Positions 28,924-38,688 of a DNA stretch of 64,000 bases are shown piece by piece. This DNA comes from a virus. Numbering within the stretch: the first letter of the stretch is position 1; each line of letters begins with the position of its first letter. The notes below the pieces were generated by a model that was not told where the DNA came from, did no database searches, and saw only the letters and a program-made list of their open reading frames with translations. The position numbers and the translations under genes are program-made. The stretch covers positions 1 through 64,000 of IMG/VR virus record IMGVR_UViG_3300011335_000775; one strand, written 5' to 3'.

Positions 28924-29271
28924 TTTTCTTTTGCCTTTTCGACGGGCAATATCGTTTAAACTGCACACAGGACCGTGCAGTATTTCTAAATCTTTGTTCA
29001 CAAAGGTTCTCAGGCAACTGCGGAATTCATCCCATTCACCGCGCAGAAATATGTTGATGGGTATGCTGCGATTTGATTCCCACCACCAAGTGTTGGCCAG
29101 ATCAAGATATCTACGTTTTTGTTCTAGATCTTTTACATTTCCAAAGTCATAGATTGTGGTGATTATGTCATCACGGTTTTGTACAATGCCTACATATTCG
29201 TTGGTGGCATACATGCACAGCGTAATAAACGGATATTTGTCAGCAAGTTTTTGAAATAAGTCTATGCCCAT
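28894..29271 (-). CDS. Hypothetical protein
   Basis: YPFIT, WWWESNRSIPINIFL; TATAAATA upstream on minus strand (29288-95). Confidence 0.7.
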   Translation of the reverse strand: MGIDLFQKLADKYPFITLCMYATNEYVGIVQNRDDIITTIYDFGNVKDLEQKRRYLDLANTWWWESNRSIPINIFLRGEWDEFRSCLRTFVNKDLEILHGPVCSLNDIARRKGKRKSITLVRRID

Positions 29272-29331
29272 ATTGTATTGGTTTGGATATTTATACCTCA
29301 AGACTTAAGGTAAATATCATTGGAGCACCAT

Positions 29332-30423
29332 ATGTATTCAACCCAGATTTATATCTATCAACAGATTCAGCGAGTTTTAGTATTGGATACCACAGATGGT
29401 GATGTTTTTGACCGGAGGTGGAACCCAGTGTACGCTAAAAAATTAACCATCAACAAAGGTGTTGACAATGTGATTTTGTTTGAATTCATCAATCAAGATC
29501 AAAAACCCGTGAACATCACAGGATCAGAATTGCGATTTAAATTGATCAACTTGGCTGGTACTGCACAGCTGATTGAAAAAGACATGGTCATAATCAATGC
29601 ACAGTACGGACGTGCCAAAGTTACATTAACATCTGCAGAAACTTCAGAATTTCCACCAGACCCATCTAGCTATGCTATAGAAAGATTGTCGGGCAACTTA
29701 ATTGAAGCAGTATTTGTAGATGCACAAGCACAAGCTCGTGGTGATGTAGATATTGTAGATAGCGTGAAGCCGGCGTTTGTGCCCAGCCACCTGGTGACTA
29801 TTCCTACTATCTATGGCCCGGACGCATTTCTAGATCCAGTATACAGTGCCAACTATCCAGATTGGGCATTGAATCCTCCAGGGCCATATGGAAATGTTTA
29901 TCAAGATCCACAACGATTCAGCAGTCATGTTCCTACCAATGGAACCAGTTTGACCACATTCCAAATGGAAATGGATCACTATACTGGTAATGTCAAAGCA
30001 CAAGGCGCTCAAACGTATGAATCACCCTGGGTAGATGTTACTGCACAGCAAAGCTATTACAATAAAACAGGTGCAGACTATATCAATGTATTGGGATATC
30101 ATCCTTTGCTCAGACTAGTATCTGACCAATGGCCCGGCACAGAACAAGTACAGTTGGCCACTGCCACTGCCACTGGTGCTAATGGAGTAATTACTGCAAT
30201 CACAGTGACTGAATCAGGATACGGATATTTGGCCCCACCACGGGTGAACATCATTGGATTGGGGGCCGGTGCAGTAGCCGAAGCGGAAATTGAAGGCAAC
30301 AGTGTAAGTGTCATAAATGTTATTAATGGTGGGCAAGGCTATGTATTAGATCCACAGCGCGGCACTCAGATTGCTGCGATCAGCCTTAATCGTGGAGCCA
30401 TTGTAAGCATACTGGTTAGATGA
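29332..30423 (+). CDS. Probable virion structural (baseplate/tail) protein
   Basis: Late promoter 29311 and GGAG; KGVDN.I.F.F.NQDQKPVNIT; C-terminal G.GY..PP.V...G.GA.A.A repeat typical of phage structural proteins. Confidence 0.6.
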   Translation: MYSTQIYIYQQIQRVLVLDTTDGDVFDRRWNPVYAKKLTINKGVDNVILFEFINQDQKPVNITGSELRFKLINLAGTAQLIEKDMVIINAQYGRAKVTLTSAETSEFPPDPSSYAIERLSGNLIEAVFVDAQAQARGDVDIVDSVKPAFVPSHLVTIPTIYGPDAFLDPVYSANYPDWALNPPGPYGNVYQDPQRFSSHVPTNGTSLTTFQMEMDHYTGNVKAQGAQTYESPWVDVTAQQSYYNKTGADYINVLGYHPLLRLVSDQWPGTEQVQLATATATGANGVITAITVTESGYGYLAPPRVNIIGLGAGAVAEAEIEGNSVSVINVINGGQGYVLDPQRGTQIAAISLNRGAIVSILVR

Positions 30424-31154
30424 AATATAAAAAAATTGTAGGGTTTGGTGATTCGTGGATGTATGGTGATGAGTTGCTGGATCCGGACCTGGTTCTCAAA
30501 AACGCCGATGCACATTCATGTTGGACACAGAATGAAACATATCGAAACAATCATAACTTTCTAGGACTGATCGGTAAGCATTACAATGTACCCGTTGAAA
30601 ACTTTGGTATTCCGGGCGGGTCAATGCAAAGCTCAATTTGGACATTCCAGTGGTGGTTGGATCATGAACCCGATCCAGAAAACTGTTTGGTACTGGTAGG
30701 GCACACTGATTCTGACAGACTCAGTTTCTACAATCCAGGCCATCGCAGTTATGGCAATGATGCTCCGTGGAACAAGTTTATTCATTCAACCTGGGTTGAA
30801 TACGGTAGCAGTGTGATACCTGAAGAATTCAGAACAATGGTCAAACAACAACTGGTATTGACCAATTGCACTGAATTAGCAAGATTAAACTATCAACAAA
30901 CCGTGATGTTTTTTGATGGGGTTGCAGCCAGACACAACATACCCATGATGCAATTTCATGTCATGCCCGGTGATTGCGAAATGAAAAACACACCCACAAT
31001 AATCTGGCCCGAATTTGCAACTACACTTTGGTTTCGCGATCACCCAGGTAACCAACGTCGCGAACTGATCAAACCCGGTGGTCATCCCAACGAAACTGGG
31101 CACAAAATGATTGCTGAAAAGTTGATTTCTACCATAGACTCTGCTACAATGTAA
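30420..31154 (+). CDS. SGNH/GDSL-like protein
   Basis: GFGDSW.YG, N.GIPGGS, GGHPN..GH. Confidence 0.6.
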   Translation: MKYKKIVGFGDSWMYGDELLDPDLVLKNADAHSCWTQNETYRNNHNFLGLIGKHYNVPVENFGIPGGSMQSSIWTFQWWLDHEPDPENCLVLVGHTDSDRLSFYNPGHRSYGNDAPWNKFIHSTWVEYGSSVIPEEFRTMVKQQLVLTNCTELARLNYQQTVMFFDGVAARHNIPMMQFHVMPGDCEMKNTPTIIWPEFATTLWFRDHPGNQRRELIKPGGHPNETGHKMIAEKLISTIDSATM

Positions 31155-31156
31155 GG

Positions 31157-32131
31157 ATGCTAGACATCCTTGGGTACTTGCCTGCAAAACGAAAGATCAC
31201 GCCGTCGGGCTGGACTAGTTTCAATGCAGTATGTTGCCAACACAACGGCAGTACAAAAGACCATCGTAATCGTGGTGGGATCAAAACATCTGAACAAGGG
31301 TGGAGTTATCACTGCTTCAACTGCAACTACACCGCTAGCTTTATCCTTGGCCGTACATTAAGTTATAAGGCCCGCAGGCTCTTGAGTTGGATGGGTGTGC
31401 CTGACGCTGAAATTGATATGCTGAACTTAGAAAGTCTAAGGCATCGAGGCATATACGGTATCATTGATGATCGGCAACGTACATTTGATATTTTAGCAGA
31501 TATCACGTTTGAAGAACAAGAGTTACCGCCATTGAGTGAGTTGTTGACTGAACAAAATCAATTTAGAGATTATCTACGACATCGACAAGTACCTGAAGAT
31601 TATCCTGCGTTGATTTTTATGAATCATCAGAATCATCGTCCCGCGGTGATCATACCATTTACACATCATAACCGTGTGGTAGGACACACTGAGAGGTACT
31701 TAGATAACAGGAAACCCAAATACATCAGCAGCAGCCAACCAGGCTATGTGTTTGGAACCGACCTGCAACATGCAGACTGGACTAACACAATTGTGGTAGA
31801 GGGTGTGTTTGATGCGTTATGCATCGGGGGCCTGGCAGTAATGCATAGCACCATATCTGATCAGCAAGCACGATTGATTCGCAGCCTTGGTAAGGAGATT
31901 ACAGTAGTGCCCGACCAAGATTCAGCAGGTATGGAACTGGTAGATCGTGCTGTGGAACTAGGATGGGCAGTAAGTATGCCACCCTGGCCCAATGATGTCA
32001 AAGATGTGAACGACAGTGTAGTTCGTTACGGACGCCTGGCAACTCTGCTAACTATATTTGAAAATCGTGAAACCAGTAGAATTAAAATAGAACTAAGGAA
32101 GAAAAATCTTGTTAAAAGACTACGGAATTGA
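31157..32131 (+). CDS. gp61: DNA primase (gp61-like)
   Basis: Zn finger CC..H...YHCFNC, TOPRIM VVEGVFDA, PDQD, KDVND. Confidence 0.88.
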   Translation: MLDILGYLPAKRKITPSGWTSFNAVCCQHNGSTKDHRNRGGIKTSEQGWSYHCFNCNYTASFILGRTLSYKARRLLSWMGVPDAEIDMLNLESLRHRGIYGIIDDRQRTFDILADITFEEQELPPLSELLTEQNQFRDYLRHRQVPEDYPALIFMNHQNHRPAVIIPFTHHNRVVGHTERYLDNRKPKYISSSQPGYVFGTDLQHADWTNTIVVEGVFDALCIGGLAVMHSTISDQQARLIRSLGKEITVVPDQDSAGMELVDRAVELGWAVSMPPWPNDVKDVNDSVVRYGRLATLLTIFENRETSRIKIELRKKNLVKRLRN

Positions 32132-33536
32132 AGTACAAAAGTTATTTCTAGAAATGATGTTGGAGGATGCACAGGGCTATGTGCGTGTACAGAACATTTA
32201 TAATCCAGAGAACTTTGATAGAAGTTTGAGACCAGCTGCTGAGTTTCTTAAAGAGCATGGAGACAAATACAAAACACTTCCTGATCGAGCACAGATATCG
32301 GCTACCACAGGAGTAAAACTACAATCAGTGCCCGAACTTAACGAAGGGCACTTCGAATGGTTTATGACAGAGTTTGAAGCATTTACTCGACGTCAAGAAT
32401 TAGAACGTGCAATTCTCAAAGCAGCAGACTTGTTGGAAAAGGGTGACTACGACCCAGTGGAAAAGCTGATCAAAGATGCTGTACAGATCAGTCTAACCAA
32501 GGACATGGGCACAGATTACTTTGCTGATCCCAAAGGACGAATTGAAAAGTATTTCAACAGTGGTGGACAAGTCAGCACAGGCTGGCCACAGATGGATCGA
32601 TTGTTGTACGGTGGATTCAGTCGCGGTGAACTAAACATCTTTGCAGGTGGTTCGGGCTCGGGCAAGAGTCTTGTGATGATGAATATAGCATTGAATTGGG
32701 TTCAAGCCGGACTAAGCGGAGTATACATTACGCTGGAGTTGAGTGAAGAACTCACAAGTTTAAGAACTGATGCCATGCTTACCAACATGAGCACCAAGGA
32801 CATTCGCAAAGACATTGACACAGCAGAACTCAAAGTCAAACTGGTAGCCAAAAAGAGCGGCAACTATCAAGTGAAAGGATTGCCGGCACAAAGCAATATC
32901 AATGACATTCGTGCGTATTTGAAAGAATATCAAATACAAACCGGCAAGCGAGTGGACTTTGTGATGATTGACTATTTGGATTTGTTGATGCCTGTGAGTG
33001 CAAAAGTAAGCCCAAATGATTTGTTTGTGAAAGACAAGTATGTGAGTGAAGAACTACGTAACTTGGCCAAAGAGCTAGGTGTGCTTATGGTAACTGCAAG
33101 TCAATTGAACCGATCAGCGGTAGAAGAAGTAGAGTTTGATCACAGTCACATTTCAGGTGGTATCTCAAAGATCAATACAGCAGACAATGTGTTTGGTATT
33201 TTTACCAGTAGACAAATGAAAGAGCGTGGCAAGTATCAAATTCAGTGCATGAAGTCACGTAGTTCGACAGGTGTAGGCCAGAAGATTGATCTTGAATACA
33301 ACATTGACACCATGCGTATCACCGATGCTGGTGGAGACGATAATGAAAACTCATTCCGCAAACCCAGCTTGATGGATTCTATCAAAGCAAAAGCATCAGT
33401 TACTCCGTCTGAATCTACCGGCGGGTGGGAACGACCACAACCCAAAGATGGGCACGACCCATTGGATCCAAAGATTTCTGTAGATGTGCAAAGTACCAAG
33501 CTCAAGCAGTTGTTAGGAAAGATCAAAACAACTTAA
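32109..33536 (+). CDS. gp41: Replicative DNA helicase (gp41/DnaB-like)
   Basis: GGSGSGKS, TLELSE, IDYLDL, TASQLNR, KSRSS; TTG start. Confidence 0.92.
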   Translation: MLKDYGIEVQKLFLEMMLEDAQGYVRVQNIYNPENFDRSLRPAAEFLKEHGDKYKTLPDRAQISATTGVKLQSVPELNEGHFEWFMTEFEAFTRRQELERAILKAADLLEKGDYDPVEKLIKDAVQISLTKDMGTDYFADPKGRIEKYFNSGGQVSTGWPQMDRLLYGGFSRGELNIFAGGSGSGKSLVMMNIALNWVQAGLSGVYITLELSEELTSLRTDAMLTNMSTKDIRKDIDTAELKVKLVAKKSGNYQVKGLPAQSNINDIRAYLKEYQIQTGKRVDFVMIDYLDLLMPVSAKVSPNDLFVKDKYVSEELRNLAKELGVLMVTASQLNRSAVEEVEFDHSHISGGISKINTADNVFGIFTSRQMKERGKYQIQCMKSRSSTGVGQKIDLEYNIDTMRITDAGGDDNENSFRKPSLMDSIKAKASVTPSESTGGWERPQPKDGHDPLDPKISVDVQSTKLKQLLGKIKTT

Positions 33537-33567
33537 AACCAATAAATAAGTCAAAGGCCTTCTCCAC

Positions 33568-33813
33568 ATGCAAAAGCGTACTCGTAGTATTTTAGACGAA
33601 CTGGACTCAATGTATATCGAGCGTGAACGTGATCTAGTGATAGAAAGCCGCGCCGTAAACATCATTGCCGGCGCGATTAACTTGCTGGAACAGATTGACG
33701 CTTCTTACACTCCAGCCCAAGCAGACAATTTAACACGCAAATTACTCAATGCTATCCGTACTCGTGATACAGGAAAATTTGCCAGAACAGTGAGGCGCAG
33801 CAATGCAAATTAA
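33568..33813 (+). CDS. Hypothetical late protein
   Basis: TAAATA at 33543; 81-aa helical protein. Confidence 0.65.
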   Translation: MQKRTRSILDELDSMYIERERDLVIESRAVNIIAGAINLLEQIDASYTPAQADNLTRKLLNAIRTRDTGKFARTVRRSNAN

Positions 33814-35779
33814 AAAGCTACTTGAAGGTGGCAACGTATTTAAAAACAAATCTGGGGAATCTCTTACCCAACGCATTGATCAACGTGATATACCTGCCAC
33901 AGTTGACTGGTTAGAACAAGTAACAGGCTTGGATTTTACTTCTGATGTAGGTGATGATGGCATCCCTTTGCGTTGGTTGGGATCAACTGGTAAGAAACCC
34001 ACGTCGGGTGATCTAGACCTTGCTGTGGATCTTAGCGAAATAAGCAAAGAACAATTGGCCGGGATCCTTACACAATTTGTGCAAAGTCAAGCACTAGACC
34101 CTAGAGAATGGGTCAAAAAGTCCGGTGAGGTCCATTTCAGAACTCCTATTGCCGGTGATGCTAATCGTGGATTTGTACAAACTGACTTTATGTTCTTTCC
34201 TAATTTAGATTGGGGGCAGTTTTATTATGGTGGCGGCACAGAATCAGCTTTCAAGGGCATGAATCGCAATGTGCTCATGTCAAGCATAGCCAAACAACAA
34301 GGACTCAAAGTAGGGGCCAATGGCATGTTTTCACGAGCCACAAATCAGCTGGTCAACGGCGGCATGGATCCTGACTATGTAGCCACAGTGTTGCTTGGTC
34401 AAGGCGCCACACGTGAGAATTTAAAAAATGTAGAATCTATATATTCTGCATTGGCGCAAGATCCTGATCGCGACACCAAACTCAAAGATTTTCGTGAATA
34501 TCTAGCTGGTGAAGGTCTGCAAGAACCTGATATGACCATGAAGGAAAGTGACACTAACTTTTTAGCTCGCCTGCGTGATAGAATTGTAAATCAAGGTATG
34601 ATGCCGTTGATTGAAACTAAAAAAACATATGAGCTGTATGAACAAGAACCTGCGGCTGTGGGTGGCAAAGCCAAGGGCATCGAGCACCTGGAAGATTATA
34701 TTTTCCGTAGTGGCAGTGCCGGAGTAGACAAAGCATTGGCCATAGCCGATGCTTTTTATGCCAATTCCAAAACAGGCTCAGTAAAATGGGATGGAGTTCC
34801 TGCATTGGTATTTGGGCGTAAACCCGACACTGGTGAGTTTGTGCTCACAGATGACGCAGGATTCACTGCCGCAGGATATGATGGGTTGTTTACCAGCCCT
34901 GATGCTATCGCCGACGATATGGCTCGTCGAGATGCCAATGCCACTGCTAAAGGCAACAAAGCTACTAGAGTCCAGACTTTATTGCCTACTTACGAAACTG
35001 TATGGCCGTATCTTGAAGCAGCCACACCTACCAACTTCCGTGGGTATGTCAAAGGTGATCTGTTGTATACCGCAACACCCACAGTGGAAGCAGGCAATCT
35101 GGTATTCCAACCCAACACTGTGCAGTATCGTATTCCTGCCAATAGCAAACTTGGACAACAAATTGCTAACAGTGATGTGGGGGTGGCAGTACATACCATG
35201 TATGCAGACGTAGATGCTCCCAAACAACCACTCAGCAGAGTTAAATTTAATCCTGTGGAAGGATTGCTGCTGATAGAACCCATCTATGCCAAACCTGTGC
35301 CCAAGAATGATGCAATAGTCAAGCAGATTAAATTGTTGTTGCGTCAAAATCGAGCAGCACTGGATACTTTGTTTAATCCTGCAGAATTGCGGGCCATGAA
35401 GATAACCGATTTGGCCAAGTTAGCAATTGATTACATCAACAAGCGTGTGGATCCTAATCATGCTGCATATACTGGAAATTTTAGTGATCTAGTTCCAGGA
35501 TTCATGTCTTGGCTACAACAAACACAAACATCACAAAAAGTCAACAATATAGCACAATATCTGCGCAGTCCTACTAGCAACGAGCAAGCACTGGCTGCTG
35601 CGTTCTTGTTGTTTGAATTGTTGCACGATTTGAAGTTAGATTTGCTAGGGCAGTTGGATACACAAGGGCCCGGCAATGAAGGATGGGTGTTTGCCACCCC
35701 TGCAGGCTATGGCAAAGCAGTGAATAGATTTGATTTCACTGCCAGAAACAAAGCACGAAACAACCCGCCAACTCGATGA
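33803..35779 (+). CDS. Two-domain protein: Pol-beta-type nucleotidyltransferase plus ATP-dependent ligase-like domain
   Basis: LGSTGKKPTSGDLDLAV and FVQTDFM (GS-DxD-D); HLED, VKWDG (KxDG), KGDLLY, EGWV, KAVNR. Confidence 0.55.
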   Translation: MQIKKLLEGGNVFKNKSGESLTQRIDQRDIPATVDWLEQVTGLDFTSDVGDDGIPLRWLGSTGKKPTSGDLDLAVDLSEISKEQLAGILTQFVQSQALDPREWVKKSGEVHFRTPIAGDANRGFVQTDFMFFPNLDWGQFYYGGGTESAFKGMNRNVLMSSIAKQQGLKVGANGMFSRATNQLVNGGMDPDYVATVLLGQGATRENLKNVESIYSALAQDPDRDTKLKDFREYLAGEGLQEPDMTMKESDTNFLARLRDRIVNQGMMPLIETKKTYELYEQEPAAVGGKAKGIEHLEDYIFRSGSAGVDKALAIADAFYANSKTGSVKWDGVPALVFGRKPDTGEFVLTDDAGFTAAGYDGLFTSPDAIADDMARRDANATAKGNKATRVQTLLPTYETVWPYLEAATPTNFRGYVKGDLLYTATPTVEAGNLVFQPNTVQYRIPANSKLGQQIANSDVGVAVHTMYADVDAPKQPLSRVKFNPVEGLLLIEPIYAKPVPKNDAIVKQIKLLLRQNRAALDTLFNPAELRAMKITDLAKLAIDYINKRVDPNHAAYTGNFSDLVPGFMSWLQQTQTSQKVNNIAQYLRSPTSNEQALAAAFLLFELLHDLKLDLLGQLDTQGPGNEGWVFATPAGYGKAVNRFDFTARNKARNNPPTR

Positions 35780-35839
35780 TTTTTTGCCAGATTCATAAAT
35801 AAGTGTAGGGCAGAAACCCACTTTTTAGGAGATATTAAA

Positions 35840-36265
35840 ATGGCAGGATTTACAAAAACAAACGGAACTACCCAACCGGTATTCCACATGGACACTGCGA
35901 ACGGTAACGTTCAAGGTACATCAAACATCGCCGCAGGCGGTTCAGTTAACTTCCAAGGTCCCAAGCTAGACTTTTTCAGCTTGGTAGCTAATGGTTCTTT
36001 GACCACATCTGGTAACGTGAATGGTTACATCAACAACTTGATGCAAGCTATTCAGACCAAAGCCACCGTGGCCATGTATCAAGTTAGCCCAGCAGCACCA
36101 ACGATATTGAACTTGGCACTGTATCCAACAGGTGCTTACGATGCTGCGTCATTGCTGGCCACTGCTAATACCAGTGCTACAGTGGCTTCGGGTGGTCAGA
36201 ACATACAGTTAAGCAGCTCGGCTGGTAACGCTGTGTTTACAACTAGCCCTAACGTCAACGTCTAA
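35840..36265 (+). CDS. Abundant small virion protein (putative decoration/structural)
   Basis: Late promoter 35796, strong AGGAG RBS, A/T/N/G-rich, own terminator. Confidence 0.6.
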   Translation: MAGFTKTNGTTQPVFHMDTANGNVQGTSNIAAGGSVNFQGPKLDFFSLVANGSLTTSGNVNGYINNLMQAIQTKATVAMYQVSPAAPTILNLALYPTGAYDAASLLATANTSATVASGGQNIQLSSSAGNAVFTTSPNVNV

Positions 36266-36283
36266 TCTACCAGGTAGAAAATC

Positions 36284-36316
36284 AAAGCCTTGGATTAATT
36301 TCCAAGGCTTTTTTTT
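36284..36316 (+). terminator. Rho-independent terminator
   Basis: AAAGCCTTGGA-TTAATT-TCCAAGGCTTT followed by T run. Confidence 0.8.
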
Positions 36317-36331
36317 GGCCGTAAATACCGT

Positions 36332-36742
36332 ATGACAATGAGTATACAAATAACCACAGACTTTGATTGCAGACCTACTGGAGTCACTGGACACTATCGA
36401 GAAAATCTACTGCCGTTTACTGACCAGCTGGGGCAATCAGTTACTGATATGTCTACCTGGGTCCGCAGTCGCAATCAACAACGCAATTGGGAAACTATCA
36501 TGCAATTGATAAGTCTTTACACACAACCAGTTCGTGTTTCTCAAGTGCGTGCCAAGGATCAACGTTGGCAATTTGAGTTTGACACAGATTTTGATGATGT
36601 GTTTGCTATCAACGATGACCCTGTGGGGAGACTACTGCAAGCATGTGATGGTGTGCCGGTAATCAATTATGTTGAACAACAATTAACTACATTATTACAT
36701 CCCGGAGTGAACATATGGTTCAACGCATTGAACCATAAATAA
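36332..36742 (+). CDS. Hypothetical protein
   Basis: TAAATA-4 nt-ATG; RNQQRNWET..Q.ISL. Confidence 0.65.
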   Translation: MTMSIQITTDFDCRPTGVTGHYRENLLPFTDQLGQSVTDMSTWVRSRNQQRNWETIMQLISLYTQPVRVSQVRAKDQRWQFEFDTDFDDVFAINDDPVGRLLQACDGVPVINYVEQQLTTLLHPGVNIWFNALNHK

Positions 36743-36745
36743 CTC

Positions 36746-37015
36746 ATGATAGACACTTATACCACCGATGTTGAAAAAAAGAGCCTTGAGGCACATGTAG
36801 AGCTTTGTGCCGAACGCTATCGACATTTAGAATTCCAACTGGAAGCAGCCAACTCCAGCATAGGTAGTTTAAAATCCATGGTAGTAGAAGTGCATGAAAT
36901 GGTGCATGCAATGGCAGCTAAACGCAATGACCAATTGATAAACTGGGGCATAGGACTAATTGGATTCCTTGTGGCCACAGTGGGCTGGATGGTAACTCGC
37001 TACGTATTAATATGA
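36746..37015 (+). CDS. Small coiled-coil protein with C-terminal transmembrane helix (holin-like)
   Basis: LEAHVELCAERY coiled coil; WGIGLIGFLVATVGWMV hydrophobic segment. Confidence 0.55.
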   Translation: MIDTYTTDVEKKSLEAHVELCAERYRHLEFQLEAANSSIGSLKSMVVEVHEMVHAMAAKRNDQLINWGIGLIGFLVATVGWMVTRYVLI

Positions 37016-37503
37016 AAGCCAGTCAGAAACTGGCTGAATTGGCCGCACAAGAATTACCAAAACTCTTGGATAAAGTAATCATAGAGGATGGAAAAAAGTA
37101 CCGTGTGTTTGGCAAATATACCATACATCCTGCAACCGACGGATTTGAAGTTTTTCAAAGAGATGACAATATTGGTACATTTTCCAATACCAAATCTGCA
37201 TTGGCTTGGTGCATAGCCGACAATCAAAATCGTCTTAATCTAGCTAGACAAATACATGAACTTGATCAATCCGTAGTAAGAATGCGTAATGACATATACA
37301 TACGCCGCGGTATTGCTGATCGTGCGTCGGGTCAAAACTGGGAAAATTTAATTAACAAAACAAATGCTAGGCAAGAGCAGAACTTGATCCTAGAAAAAGA
37401 ACTAGCGAAATGTATAAATTTGGCTAAATACTGGCAACTACGAGGAAACTCAGATGAAACTAAACGAACTGGCCGTAACACGCCCCACCCGACAAATCGC
37501 TAA
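37012..37503 (+). CDS. Hypothetical protein
   Basis: 163 aa, overlap-coupled. Confidence 0.6.
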   Translation: MKASQKLAELAAQELPKLLDKVIIEDGKKYRVFGKYTIHPATDGFEVFQRDDNIGTFSNTKSALAWCIADNQNRLNLARQIHELDQSVVRMRNDIYIRRGIADRASGQNWENLINKTNARQEQNLILEKELAKCINLAKYWQLRGNSDETKRTGRNTPHPTNR

Positions 37504-38341
37504 AGTATTCGAAAGTCATTTTGACCAACGTGTACAATTTGATTCGCTGAATCGCAAACAACTGCACAACATGTATCGCCAAGTGCGCGGCATGCTGGGC
37601 GAAGTACGCAGCGGCCCTGCTCGCCACACTAGCCAAAAGAATCCTGCATATCTCAAGCTGATGATGATGGAACAAGCACTTGCTGAAAAGATCTATGAAG
37701 ATGAAACGGCTCAACAGAATCCTCAAACTGGAACATCGGGCAGTCCGGGAATAAATCCTCAACAAACCGCTGCCATGATGGCTCAACAAAAACAAGCCAA
37801 GATTAAACAAATGGAAACTGAACTTCAGACCAAGAAAGATGAAGTTACAGATCTACAGAACCAACTCAACAAAGAAAAGACTACGGTCACCGCTATGGAA
37901 TGGCGTCAACGTGCTCAAGCCGGTGGTTATTATCTTAGCGAAGGTGAAGTACAACAAGCTCAAGTGGTGTTGGCTGCACAAGACATGGTTGACAAAATGC
38001 AAGACATGATTGAAGACAGCACCGAAATGCAATTCAAAGAATTGCCAGCCCTGGTTGATTCAATCAAGAATCAAATTGGTCCAGACCAAGCAGCACAATT
38101 CAACAATGATGCACAAGCAGCACTCAGTGGCCTGGTACAGAACTTGCAAGCCAGCAAACAACAGCTAGAGCAAGCTCTTGGTGTAGTTACTGGACAAGCA
38201 CCTACACCTGGTGCTGACATGGGTATGACTCCCCCGGGCGGAGATCAGGGACTAGCAGGGCCTCCTCCGGGTGCTGAACTTCCTCCGGAAGAACCAGCAA
38301 TTGGTGGACCGGCAGCAGCTCTAGGCCGTGAGCGTAGATAA
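37454..38341 (+). CDS. Probable prohead core/scaffold-like protein
   Basis: MKLNEL start, coiled coils, LSEGEVQQAQVVLAA, Pro/Gly tail ending LGRERR. Confidence 0.5.
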   Translation: MKLNELAVTRPTRQIAKVFESHFDQRVQFDSLNRKQLHNMYRQVRGMLGEVRSGPARHTSQKNPAYLKLMMMEQALAEKIYEDETAQQNPQTGTSGSPGINPQQTAAMMAQQKQAKIKQMETELQTKKDEVTDLQNQLNKEKTTVTAMEWRQRAQAGGYYLSEGEVQQAQVVLAAQDMVDKMQDMIEDSTEMQFKELPALVDSIKNQIGPDQAAQFNNDAQAALSGLVQNLQASKQQLEQALGVVTGQAPTPGADMGMTPPGGDQGLAGPPPGAELPPEEPAIGGPAAALGRERR

Positions 38342-38688
38342 TGAGAATCAATGAAGTAGAAGCAGACGCTACCGCAGACAAACTCATGGCCTTGGCCAAG
38401 TTTGCTGTGGGTAGAGCACAGGATACTTCTGCCAAAATGCAAATGCCAGTACAGGCATTTATCAATCGAGCACAAAGTATGGGTATAGACATTACTCCAG
38501 ACACTTTGCAAACTCTAGTTGGGCAACCACCACTTAGTGGCTTGATTGAACCTATGAATCCCAACGCCACAAAATTAACATTCAAAGGTGGCGACAAGCC
38601 CGGACCAGTCACAATGCCAGTTAATCAAGCCCAGGACATTGTGGCAGCAGCAGCACAATCCGCTTTGAACAAAGATCGCGGAGTTTAA
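38341..38688 (+). CDS. Hypothetical protein (probably head-associated)
   Basis: MRINEV start, coupled to previous gene. Confidence 0.55.
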   Translation: MRINEVEADATADKLMALAKFAVGRAQDTSAKMQMPVQAFINRAQSMGIDITPDTLQTLVGQPPLSGLIEPMNPNATKLTFKGGDKPGPVTMPVNQAQDIVAAAAQSALNKDRGV

